Assembly: GCF_006345805.1 (NCBI RefSeq)
Contig: NC_043021.1
Span: 9,734,001-9,798,000 of the forward strand
DNA length: 64,000 nucleotides
Direction: 5' to 3'
Source of the DNA: Octopus sinensis
Lineage: Eukaryota
The notes under the pieces were generated by a model that saw only the letters and a list, made by a program, of their open reading frames with translations, had not been told where the DNA came from and made no database searches. Positions 13,501-24,421 of the stretch are shown here, piece after piece. The stretch's first letter is position 1. The number at the start of each line of letters is the position of its first letter. The translations under genes and the position numbers were made by a program.

Positions 13501-13684
13501 CAGAAAAGTCTACAACAATGGGAATGACTTCAACACCGAACTGATGTGCTGTAAAAATGAAATATAAACAAGAATTGAATGATTAAGATAACCAGTTAAT
13601 TAAGATGACACCAGTAGATAATCTGTTAGATAGAACAGGTTATCTACTGATATAAATATAGAATAGTATTTAGAATTAAGGGCT
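10475..13684 (-). repeat. Tandem array of 17 x ~189 bp, each unit = intron-2 3' end + first 53 nt of HSDL1 exon 3
   Basis: GTTAGCAGAAAAGTCTAC recurs at 10475, 10665, 10854, 11043, 11233, 11421, 11609, 11799, 11985, 12174, 12363, 12552, 12741, 12929, 13121, 13307, 13496. Confidence 0.95.
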
Positions 13685-13932
13685 GGGTTCTGTTGCTCTT
13701 AATGATTTGGTCTGAAGAGGAAGGGTAGTGATCATCACCTTTTTTTCAGAACCTTCATGACTGATGGGACGAAAGGAGGTGTTATCCTCAGATAAAAACA
13801 CTTGACCTGTTTAATAAACACACCTTCGTGTACACACATACAATGTACATGCATATATGTGTGTGTGTGCATGTATATGTATGTGTATATAAAATATACA
13901 TATAACAAAATGAGTTGATAAAGGAATAAACA

Positions 13933-14160
13933 ATTATCTTGTGAACTTCATTAGCTTGCAGCTGTTTCTGCTATAAGATATGTTGGACTCATAGTTGAGT
14001 GCCTGGGTAACACCTTATAGCTTCATCAGAGCCTTGAATATGAAGCACTTCATATTCAAAGTTCCAATGAAGCCATAAGGTGTTACCCAGGCACCCAACT
14101 AGGAGTCCAACATATCTTATAGCAGAAACAGCTGCAAGCTAATGAAGTTCATAAGATAAT
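13933..14160. repeat. 228-bp near-perfect palindrome with hammerhead-like cores (Penelope-like terminus)
   Basis: Arms pair around 14046-14047; the minus strand reads CTGATGA-stem-GAAAC-AGCTG. Confidence 0.75.
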
Positions 14161-14171
14161 CATCTCTTTTA

Positions 14172-14385
14172 TATTTATATATATATATATATATGTGTGT
14201 GTGTATATATATATGTGTGTGTTTGTGTGTGTACGTACGTATATATGTATGAATGAATGTGTGTGTGTGTATATATATATGTGTGTGTGTGTATATATAT
14301 ATATATATGTGTGTATGTATATATATGTATATATGTATGTATGTGTATGTGTGTATATGTGTATGTATATATATATGTGTGTATG

Positions 14386-14434
<49 letters not shown>

Positions 14435-14599
14435 GTGTGTGTTTGTGTGTGTACGTACGTATATATGTATGAATGAATGTGTGTGTGTGTATATATATAT
14501 GTGTGTGTGTGTATATATATATGTATGTGTGTATGTATATATATATGTGTGTATGTATATATATGTATATATGTATGTATGTGTATGTGTGTATATGTG

Positions 14600-14644
<45 letters not shown>

Positions 14645-14651
14645 ATATGTG

Positions 14652-14691
<40 letters not shown>
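14172..14691. repeat. Compound (TA)n/(TG)n microsatellite with a 220-bp higher-order repeat
   Basis: Block GTTTGTGTGTGTACGTACGT...GAATGAATG at 14221 and 14441; source of the long spurious Y/I/H/T ORFs. Confidence 0.9.
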
Positions 14692-14694
<3 letters not shown>

Positions 14695-14933
14695 GACTGT
14701 AGAAAGCACACTCAATACCATAGTAGAGATAAATAATATATTTCATTTTGGTTGAGTCAATCTCTTGCAACACTGAATTTTGTCTGTGAGTGTACCCATT
14801 AAAAGGATGGTCATGGACAGAGTGGCTTTCATCATAGGTGGATTCAATCAGTGTTGACCAACAGGAATAACAACAACAACACCATCACCCAGCCATACAC
14901 AAGAGAAACCAGCTGCAATCACATTCGACTTAC

Positions 14934-15056
14934 CTATACTTTCAGCCGTTTTCTTCAGTAGCGTGTCACCTTTACTGACTAGTATGAGATTCATTCCCCG
15001 ACTGGCCAGTTCATGGGCGTAGGCTTTCCCAATACCCTCACTGCTTCCAGTAACAA
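14934..15056 (-). CDS. HSDL1: HSDL1-like, coding exon 2 (Rossmann TGxxxGxG)
   Basis: TTACAG acceptor; VVTGSSEGIGKAYAHELASRGMNLILVS; GTAAGT donor; phase 1 to phase 1. Confidence 0.92.
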
Positions 15057-16425
15057 CTGTAAGATACAAACATAAAGAAACAAATTAATAACCCTTTCTA
15101 CTATGGACACAATGACTGAAATTTGTGAGAGGGGGATAGTTGACTACATCGACCCCGAAAGGATGAAAGGCAAAGTTGACCTCGGCGGAATTTGAACTTA
15201 GAACATAGCGACAGGCAAAATACCACTATGCATTCTGCTCAGTGTGCTAACGATTCTCATTTCTTTATTGGCCACAAGGGGCTAAACATAGAGGACAAAC
15301 AAGGGCAGACAAAGGGATTAAGTCAATTACATCGACACCAGTGTGTAACTTGTACTTAATTTATCGACCCTGAAGGGATGAAAGGCAAAGTTGACCTCGG
15401 CGGAATTTGAACTCAGAACATAGTGACAGGCGAAATATCACTTTGCATTTTGCTCGACGTGCTAACGATTCTGCCAACTCACCGCCTTTGGAAATAAATT
15501 AATAATAAAGTGAAAGATTTATCTACTCAGAGTGAGGAGAAACCAATGTAATAATGGTTTCAAATTCAGGCACAAGATGAAAGGCAAAGTCAAGGATTTG
15601 AACTCAGAACATAAAGTCATGAAATGCTGCTAAGCATTTTGTCTGGCATGTTAATGATTTTTCCAGCCCACCACCTTAACCAGAATAATAATTGTTTCTA
15701 CTAAAGGTAGAAGGCCTGAAATTTTGGGGGAGTGGGGCTAGTTGACTACATTGACACCCCCGAAGTGTTTCACTGGTACTTAATTTATTGACCTTGAAAG
15801 GATTAAAAGCAAAGTTGACTTGGGAGAAATTTGAACTCAGAACATAAAGGCATATGAAATGCCACCAATCATTTCCTCCAGAATGCTAATGATTCTGCCA
15901 GCTCACTGCCTTTAACCAGAATAATAATAAAAACAAAAACAGCAGTCTTTGAAATGGTGCTGAAGATTAATCAGGCTCAAGTTTGCTGCATGATGGATCT
16001 CTTGTAGTTACAATGATGAACATTCACTTGTTTGGAAAGAGTGAGAAAAAGTTGTGGTGAAAGAGTCAGCAGAAGTTCACCATTACCTTCTGCCGGAGCT
16101 GCGTGGAGCTTAGGTGTTTCGCTCATAAACATACACATCGCCCGGTCTGAGATTTGAATCCGCAATCCCTCGACCGCGAGTCCGCTGCTCTAACAACCAC
16201 TAGGCCATTTTACCTGCACTTTGATGCCTGGGGATGCTTCAGAATATCCTGGGTGGGCACTAATTCGTAATGATGCTAAAGAGGAGTTTCAAAATAAGGA
16301 CATCACTATAAATTTGAGAGTGCACCACTGAATGCCATCCATTGTACCCCCTTAGCAACAGGCATGCAAGTATCATAGTTCACCAATGTTATCTGAGTAC
16401 CAAGGTGAAAATAGCAACCCTTAGG

Positions 16426-17330
16426 TATTCAGATTACCCTGTCAAAAGCAATGCTTGTTTATTCACATTGTTTTGCATTGCTGTTGGCATCCTTTTTGTC
16501 TCGGGAGACAATGGAGTTGCGCATAAAATAATCTTGTCTGGTTTTTACATTCCATGTCCTAATACATCTCCTGCTGTGGCTGTGTAGTCCTATCCTGGAC
16601 AAACACTCCCTCTGGCAGGTGCCGCAAATGTAGCGAAGGCTTTGCCCGACTGGTTGTAATGTTATAGTTTCTTGTTGATGTCTTTTCTTTCCATTTCTCC
16701 TCTCTCTCTCTCTCCTTTGTGTTCCTTCTTCTACGGTGCATCGCCAATCTCCACAGTTGCTAATATTGATGTCGCATGCCTTCATGTCCCTTTTGCAAAC
16801 ATCCTTGTATCGTAAGAACTGTTTTCCCACAGACCTAGTGCCCCTAGCAAGCTCTCTGTAGAGTATGTCCTTGGGAATTCTGCCATCTTCCATACGACTA
16901 ATATGTCCAAGCCATCTTATACGTCTTTGTATGAGGAGTGCAAACATGCTTGGTATTCCTGCTTGCTTGAGGACATCTTTGTTGGGGACATGATTCTGCC
17001 ATTTTATGCCAAAGATTTTCCAGAGGCAGCGCAGGTGAAAGATATTTAGGCAACACTCTTGTCGTGTGTATGGCATCCAGGTCTCACTGCCATGCAGTAG
17101 ACTGCTAAGTACACATGCCTGGTAAATCTTCATCATTGTTTTGCATTAATCATACAATATCTCACAGCTCCAAGATTTCAATGATGTGATTGTTTAGTTT
17201 GAGAATGACACTGTAGGATAAGGTATGGGAGGCCAAACCTGGCCTGTTTGAGCAAAAAACAGGTAAAATATTTTTGCTAGATATGGTCCGTTTTAATCCT
17301 AAAGGGTTAATTCACACCCATCGTCCTTTG
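16426..17330. mobile_element. piggyBac-like MITE (CCCTT...AAGGG-TTAA) interrupted by the RTE copy
   Basis: Ends AAAGGGTTAA; body matches another copy at ~5921-6230 once the RTE insert is removed. Confidence 0.6.
16480..17133 (-). mobile_element. 5'-truncated RTE LINE with 14-bp TSD
   Basis: YQACVLSSLLHGSETW...RWLGHISRMEDGRIPKDILY plus terminal CxxC...HxxxC; TSD CATTGTTTTGCATT at 16466-16479 and 17134-17147. Confidence 0.9.
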
Positions 17331-19952
17331 CACATGATTAATGAGGCACACCTTTGATCAAGGCTTGTTACTAACCCGGCTGAAACCGGCTCTGGCTCTA
17401 TAGTACAAATGTCTTGTTTTCATAAGTTTTGAATTAAAATCTTCCACCAAACCTTAGTCACAATTTATGTTCCTAACACTAGCTGAATGATAACCAAGTT
17501 ATTTTACTAAATTCTTTGTTATATTTAAAGTAATTGAAAGAAACACAGAGCATCTCAAAATAAATACAGTAACTTCTGCTTTGGTTGTCATCTGAAAATT
17601 CCCTTATCTCGCATCTTACCATCTTGTAACCTCTAGACACAGACATACTCCAGATAACATCTAACACAGATACGTTATCTGTTAATAGTTCACCCTTTTC
17701 TGTACCAATGTGTCCTCCACTCACACTGACTTCACGGCACAGCCACAAACTGAGTAAAACTCACAATACATAGTCTCTAGAACTCACATATTTTTTTTAT
17801 TGTTGTTTAACCACGGGGCATCCCTAGTTGAGCAGACCTATGACATGGATGTTCAAGCCTTAAACATCGATGTTTTGTCCCGAATTAGACCTGGTCGAGC
17901 AGAACAATGTATAAAGGTATTCCAATGACAAAATGACAAGTAGAACAAAAAACGGTAAATTTTCAGAGTAAAATTTACCAAAACACAAATGAATCCAAGC
18001 TTGTGGTGCACCCGAGCACTGTATACAATAATTTCATTATTATTATTTTTACTTAGACACTAGTGCCTTTGATATAATTAAGCTCAACAGGACAGTTTTA
18101 CCCCACAGACATTAATCCATAGGAACAAAAAAAAAAAAGAAAAGCATTCAAAACTCTCGACGATATAAGAACGAGTTTATCTCGTAATTGAAACTCATGA
18201 AAATAATTGCGCGAAATGATATTTCAAATCTGTTGAGTTGAATACGCTGATAAATTAGACCAACATTATACGAGTCATTTAAGTATTAACGGTGCAATTA
18301 GTAATTAATTGTAAATTTGGGTGACAAAAACAGGGATACTTGATGAAGTGAAACTGTAAATAAATTTCTGTTAACGAAATATCAAATTATATAGAAGCAT
18401 TAATCGATATATATATACACACGCACGCACGCACAGCCGTGTCGTTGAGAAACTTCGAAACCCAATGGGTTTAAGTTCAATCTCAAACCCATGTGTTTGT
18501 ATTTAGCAGTAAAAAAAAAAAAAACCAATGTTACGCCCCTTAATGTCAAAGAATACCAAGAGTGAATATGGTCGACTTAAAAAACCCCTTTTTAGCATGT
18601 GTCACAAAGTGGCTGCAGTGCAATGACCGAGGCCCTCCAACGAGTTTTTTTTTGGGTTTTTTTTTAAGAGTGTTAGGGAGGACGATCTTACCATTTAGAA
18701 TATTGATTGTTAATATAAGTACAAAGACAAATTTAAGGAGATGTCAGTTTCACGCTCTTGACTGGTGCTTTAGTTTATCGACTTCCACGAGGAAGAAGGC
18801 AATACAACTTCAAGATTTGAACTCATTTAAAATATTTTTTTAAAAAACACAGAAATTTTCTGACCCCCACCTCCTTTAATTTATTTATTTAATATCAAAA
18901 TGAATGGAATAGCAACAAAAAAAAAAACAGAAAAATGAGTGAAGTACATTTCGAGATTTCGTTACGTATCATTAATGTCGTGAGTTCAGTTTTCACCAGG
19001 GTCGACTTCGCCTTTCATCCTCCAGAGGTCGTTAATATAAAGTACCAGTCATAATTACAAGGATCGATATAACTAATTTAAGTACTAAACTGAAATATAA
19101 TGAATGTTTATGGAAAACAAAACTAAAAAGTTGTTGATGTGTTGACTAATTCTAAATATATTCATCCTAACAGGATTTCCTTTCTAGTATTCTAATAACT
19201 GTTCTATTGAAGGTAACCTTTCCATTTAATAGATAAGACACATCAAGACTTAATTAAAAAAAAAAAAAGGGACTCGCAGCATAAAACAATGTCACATTTT
19301 CTTTAAAGGGAAAAACTACAAGAGCATAGCAAGTGACTTTTATTTTGATAACTTAGAGTATAACAAAAATAATGAGTAGTATATTTATTTCTTTGGTAAT
19401 ATAGTTTGTATGAGTGTGAGGGGACAGAAAAAACAATACAAATAAAGGAAACAGACTCCGTTTCTTGTCTAGCTTAAAACTAAGTTACGGTGGGTCAAGG
19501 TCATTGGAAAACTATCACATTTCATAAGTTCTTACGCGTATTAAAAATGTTTTGTCTCGAGCGATCCGGTGTTTCGAGCAAAGAAAACTTTACTTTAATT
19601 CACATATAATAAACTCGAGCAAACATAAATGTCGACATGATAGGGAGGGGTCAGTTTTGTTTGTGTTTTGCTTGTTAGTTGGTTTTTTTCGCATAGAAAC
19701 TATTCCTTTTCGAAAAAAAAGTATCTTGACAAACTTCGCTGACGCGGTTTCAAAAGCAAGCTTCTGCTAAAGCGAGCGGTCTAAAAAAAAAAGGTGGGGT
19801 AAAAACAAATTAAATCTCTTGGTTTAAAACTGACCAGTATAATTAGGTCTGCATAAATTCACGAGAAATTCAAGAGGGTTACGTATATGTGAAACAAACA
19901 AACGCAATACAACCGCACGCACTCATAAACGTTAATTGCTAAACATACCTAC

Positions 19953-20160
19953 CTGCCCATTTGCCATAGAGCTGCTTAAAGTCTGACTGTTGTACTTTAC
20001 TCAACACATGGCAATTACACGAACGCAATATCGTGTACGTGAAACCAATTACTTTTTTAGCGCCGTAGTATACTCCAAGAATTGCTAAAGTGTCCCGGGC
20101 AGAAGAAAACACCTCGGCACATTGCCGAAAGAGGAGGCCGAAGCTGTCAACATAAGCCAT
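19953..20160 (-). CDS. HSDL1: HSDL1-like SDR, coding exon 1
   Basis: MAYVDSFGLLFRQ...LYGKWA resembles the HSDL1 N-terminus (human MAAVDSFYLLYRE...QYGRWA, recalled). Ends G|GTAGGT, phase 1. Confidence 0.9.
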
Positions 20161-20797
20161 CGTCGAATGCCATTGGTAATAAACCCTCTGCTAGAATTGG
20201 AGAGCACAGTCGGCTCAAGGCTGATAACTCTATCTATCTCAAATGATTTCTGTTCCTTGTGTTGTTTCATTGAGGAGTGGAGACCGGAGATGCGGCGACC
20301 TGGCAGAATCGTTATAACGCCGTGCGAAATGCTTCGCGGTATTTCGTCTGCCGCTACGTTCTGGGTTCAAATTCCGCCGAGGTCGACTTTGCCTTTTATC
20401 CTTTCGGGGTCGATAAATTAAGTACCAGTTACTGGGGTCGATATAATCGACTTAATCCGTTTGTCTGCCCTTGTTTGTCCTCTCTGTGTTTAGCCCCTTG
20501 TGGGTAGTAAAAAAATAGGAGATGCGAAGAAAGTGAGAATTCTCGTCACGCCTCCAAAACGCACAGCATACGAACTTTTATTATTATTATTATTATTATT
20601 CTTAATTAAAAGGTGCAACAATTTAGATCTCATAACCATGGCAACCCATCAACTTTTGTTGCATAAACAGGAAAGTACAGAACTTTCCATAGTCTACATT
20701 ACTGCATGTACTTTATATGCACTTTCTGACAAGTTGTGGTGCACCTGAGCACTGTATACAATAATTTCCTTATTATTATTATTATTTATTTAAATTT

Positions 20798-21079
20798 GGC
20801 ATTCCTTCGATATGGCTCGACAAAAATCAAAACAGTTCACTTCGGGGTATTTCCGCGGGTTGTGGAGTATAGACATAACGAAGATATATGCCAGCAATGG
20901 CTCGTTTTAAACTTGAAGAAAAAAAAGGCCTTGCATATTTGTTCTTACCTGTTTCGTGTGTGTGTGTGTGTAAAACCGCAAATTGCCAAGCAGAAAACAG
21001 AATCGAACTGTCATTTGCTTCCACGGAAATACCCGAAGTGAAGTGTTTTGATTTTGTCGAGTTATATCGAAAGAATGCC
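20798..21079. mobile_element. MITE with ~55-bp TIRs (GGCATT...AATGCC), copy 1
   Basis: Long imperfect TIRs; flanks TTAAATTT / TTAAAATT (7/8 match, TSD-like). Confidence 0.75.
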
Positions 21080-21915
21080 TTAAAATTTCTACGAGTGAGT
21101 ATACATGTACACATCTATCTAGCTCGTTATCCATATTTATATTCACACATAAACATACATACATATTGTGTGTGTGTGTGTGTAAAGTTTTGATGACGCA
21201 CAAAAATCTTAGCACTTGAGTCACTCTCTTACTTCCACCATTTCATCATTATCATCATTTTTTAACGTCCACTCTCTATGCCGGCATGGGTTCGACGGTG
21301 TGACAGGAGTTGGCCAACTAAAGAGCTGCCCAGCGTCCATTTCTCTGTTTTGGCATGGTTTCTATGGCTGGATGCTTTTCTTAGCGTCAATCACTTTACA
21401 GAGTGTACTGGGTGTATCTTACGTGGCACCGACACTGGTACTTTTATAGTTATTTATTAAAAAAATATTTAAGTATGAATGGATGAATGCATGTATGTCT
21501 GTGTATGTGTGCGTATGTGTATATATTATCTCTTACTTGTTTCATTCGTTAGACTGTGGCCATGCTGGGGTACCGCCTTGAAGAATTTTTAGTTGAATGA
21601 ATCGACCGCAGTACTTTTTTTTTAAGCCTGGTACTTATTCTATCGATCTTTGTGGCCGAACATACTTTTTTTTTGCCTTCGTAAAATAGTATGTTACCGT
21701 CATGGAGATTCTTGTAGTAGTAGAAAAGGAATTCTTAACTCCTATTTCTAAATTCGGCATGTGGTGAAGCAATTAGCTGAACCCTAATTATAATTATGTT
21801 TATAATTATAAAATATTTGTATAATTTTACCTATAAAGGTTCTTTTAACATACCGATCTACTTGGTGAAATTATTAACTAATTAATTTAATTAATAAATT
21901 TTACCCTTTTATTAT

Positions 21916-21953
<38 letters not shown>

Positions 21954-21975
21954 TGTGTATATGATAGAGAGAAAG

Positions 21976-22006
<31 letters not shown>

Positions 22007-22061
22007 CAGTGTGTATATGATAGAGAGAAAGATATATATATATACAGTGTGTATATGATAT

Positions 22062-22124
<63 letters not shown>

Positions 22125-22258
22125 TGTGTATATGATAGAGAGAAAGATATATATATTATATATATATATATATAATAATAAATATTAGGGAATATATCCA
22201 AATTTACAGGGAAAAAAAAATCAGATTTAGGATTAAATCCAATTTTATAGTAAAATAT

Positions 22259-22416
22259 TATAAAATATTATTTGAGACAAAACCACTATTTTGCAAAACA
22301 AACAAGGAAAGACTTAATCAATACATAAAATTTAATAAATTAAATTTTATGTATTGATTAAGTCTTTCCTTGTTTGTTTTGCAAAATAGTGGTTTTGTCT
22401 CAAATAATATTTTATA
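22259..22416. repeat. Perfect palindrome, 78-bp arms with a 2-nt centre
   Basis: 22259-22336 is the exact reverse complement of 22339-22416. Confidence 0.9.
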
Positions 22417-23419
22417 TATATATATATATATATACATTATGTATATGATAGAGATAAAGAGAGAGAAAATTCCATCTAATGACATGATGTAATAGCTATG
22501 TTCGATAAGTCCTGAGGTTGGTTTACCACTAAAACTGACTTAGACTGCAGCTAAAACAAAAAGTGGTGTTGAAGCTGCTGGGTATAAATAATGATTCATC
22601 ATTGAAAGGGTAGATATGTATATATATATTAGAAAGAAAGAATGGGCAAGCAAAACACATGGTATCACTTTAGAACATGTAATTTTAGAATTCAAACATA
22701 ATTGAAGAGTTGTTAGAGTAAATAAGGGATTAAGAAATAATGCAGAAAATTTCTTACAGCTGTTTCTAGAATAGTTGCACTTATGGTGATAGGCTATTGA
22801 GCAAGGTTTTCCATAGAAGCCAACTATTTTATCTTCTATAAAGAGAAACAAATGCCCATTTCCTATAATTAATTATTCCAAAATACAAGAGGCATTCATC
22901 ATCATTATTATATTTATTTGATGTGTTTTCTAAGCTGACATGGGTTGAACAGATTGACAGGAACTGGCCAGCTGGGGAGCTATCCTGGCTCCAGTTGTCT
23001 GTTTTGGCATGGTGTCTACAGAGTATGCTAGGTACGTTTTATATGCTACCACCATGGCTATTGTTGTTGTTGTTGTTAAGCAACAAGACGGGTAAGGGTG
23101 ATTAGGTGATGTCTAGGGCTTAGGGGCGGGAGACCCCAGACCTTGGAAAAAAAAAAACTTTGATCGTCTTGTTGTAGTCGAGGGCTCTTCGTTGATGCCC
23201 GACACCACTGGGATGTGGCCTTCAAAGTCGCTGGAAATGGAGATCTCCAGGTCCAAATTCTTGAACGGCTACCACCATGGCTGCATTTATGTGGTACTGG
23301 CACAAGAGCATCTTACATGGTACCAGCACCTCTAAGACAAAGACCTCTCAGTTGAGAGAGAGAGAGAGTGGGGGGAGGGTTGCCATAATAGATGCATCCC
23401 TGCCCCGTAAAATTCTGTT

Positions 23420-23777
23420 GTCTGTTCTTTGAGCCACTTCTTCACTACTTCCACACTCACCAGATTTAGCGCCTTCAGACTATCATCTCTTCGGAACCAT
23501 GAAGGAGGGTTTGAAAGGCAAACATTATCCCAGTGACAAGGAAGTGAAAACTGTGGTGAAGAAGTGACTCAAAGAACAGTTAACAGAATTTTATGGGGCA
23601 GGGATACATGCTCTCATTTGAAGGTGGAACATTGCTATTGAGAGAAAGAGTGACTATGTTGAGAAGTAGGGATGTGATCCACAGAGGACCAGCTTCATTT
23701 TGATGTATGGTACATGTTCCTGTGTTGGTAATTATACCTGTCCTAAACAAAATGCCATTACTTTTTGACTCACCCTC

Positions 23778-23780
<3 letters not shown>
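23420..23780 (+). mobile_element. Mariner transposase C-terminal fragment with right TIR
   Basis: SPDLAPSDYHLFGTMKEGLKGKHY...RWNIAIERKSDYVEK*; TIR-like TTACTTTTTGACTCACCCTCG followed by TA. Confidence 0.85.
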
Positions 23781-23836
<56 letters not shown>

Positions 23837-24241
23837 TATACATACTACTAAAATTCTGTGATTGCTTACTTTGATGTGTGCTTGTCTATAATTTAATACA
23901 CTCAAACTGACACAGAATGGGAAAATACTCTGAATGTAAGGTGCCCCTGAAATAGGAATCTAAACAGAATAAGAAAATTTTCATGTAAATCGGACTGCGG
24001 TTTTCCAAGATATGTGTTTTTTGGGGGTACCTTTATAAATAGTTAAACTGGTGCATAGTGGGGAAAATGCTTCGAAAGTAAGGTACCATTGAAATGTGAA
24101 TACAAACAGAATAAAGCAAGTTTCACGTCAATCGGACCATGGGTTCCCAAGATACATGGATTTTTCAGGTACCTTGAAGTATTGGTGACCTAACAGGTCA
24201 TGGATAGTCTAGTATACACACACACACATATATATATATAT

Positions 24242-24421
24242 TGTCGTGTCTGGGGAGAGTCATTCTCTTTTAGTGCCATGTTTTCCACTCATTTACTTAT
24301 TTATTTTTCTAAAAGTTTCACTGCACCTTGCAACCTTTCCAGTAAACGAGTGGAAATTTGACAGGTGAGTGTGTTAAATTATAAGGCACTAAAAGAGAAT
24401 GACCCTCCCCAGACACAACAG
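24242..24421. mobile_element. MITE with TIR (C)TGT(T/C)GTGTCTGGGGAGAGTCATT, copy 1
   Basis: ~35-bp TIRs; same family as 51062-51283. Confidence 0.7.

Noticed and set aside
10475-13684. CRISPR-like or generic satellite interpretation of the array
   Set aside because: No unique spacers, eukaryotic context, and the unit is demonstrably host intron plus exon sequence.
14117-14773. Long ORFs (up to 218 aa) rich in Y/I/H/T/V/C
   Set aside because: Translations of (TA)n/(TG)n/(CA)n microsatellite.
23940-24175. Two diverged ~95-bp direct repeats
   Set aside because: Look like internal subrepeats of a degraded transposon; family not identifiable.
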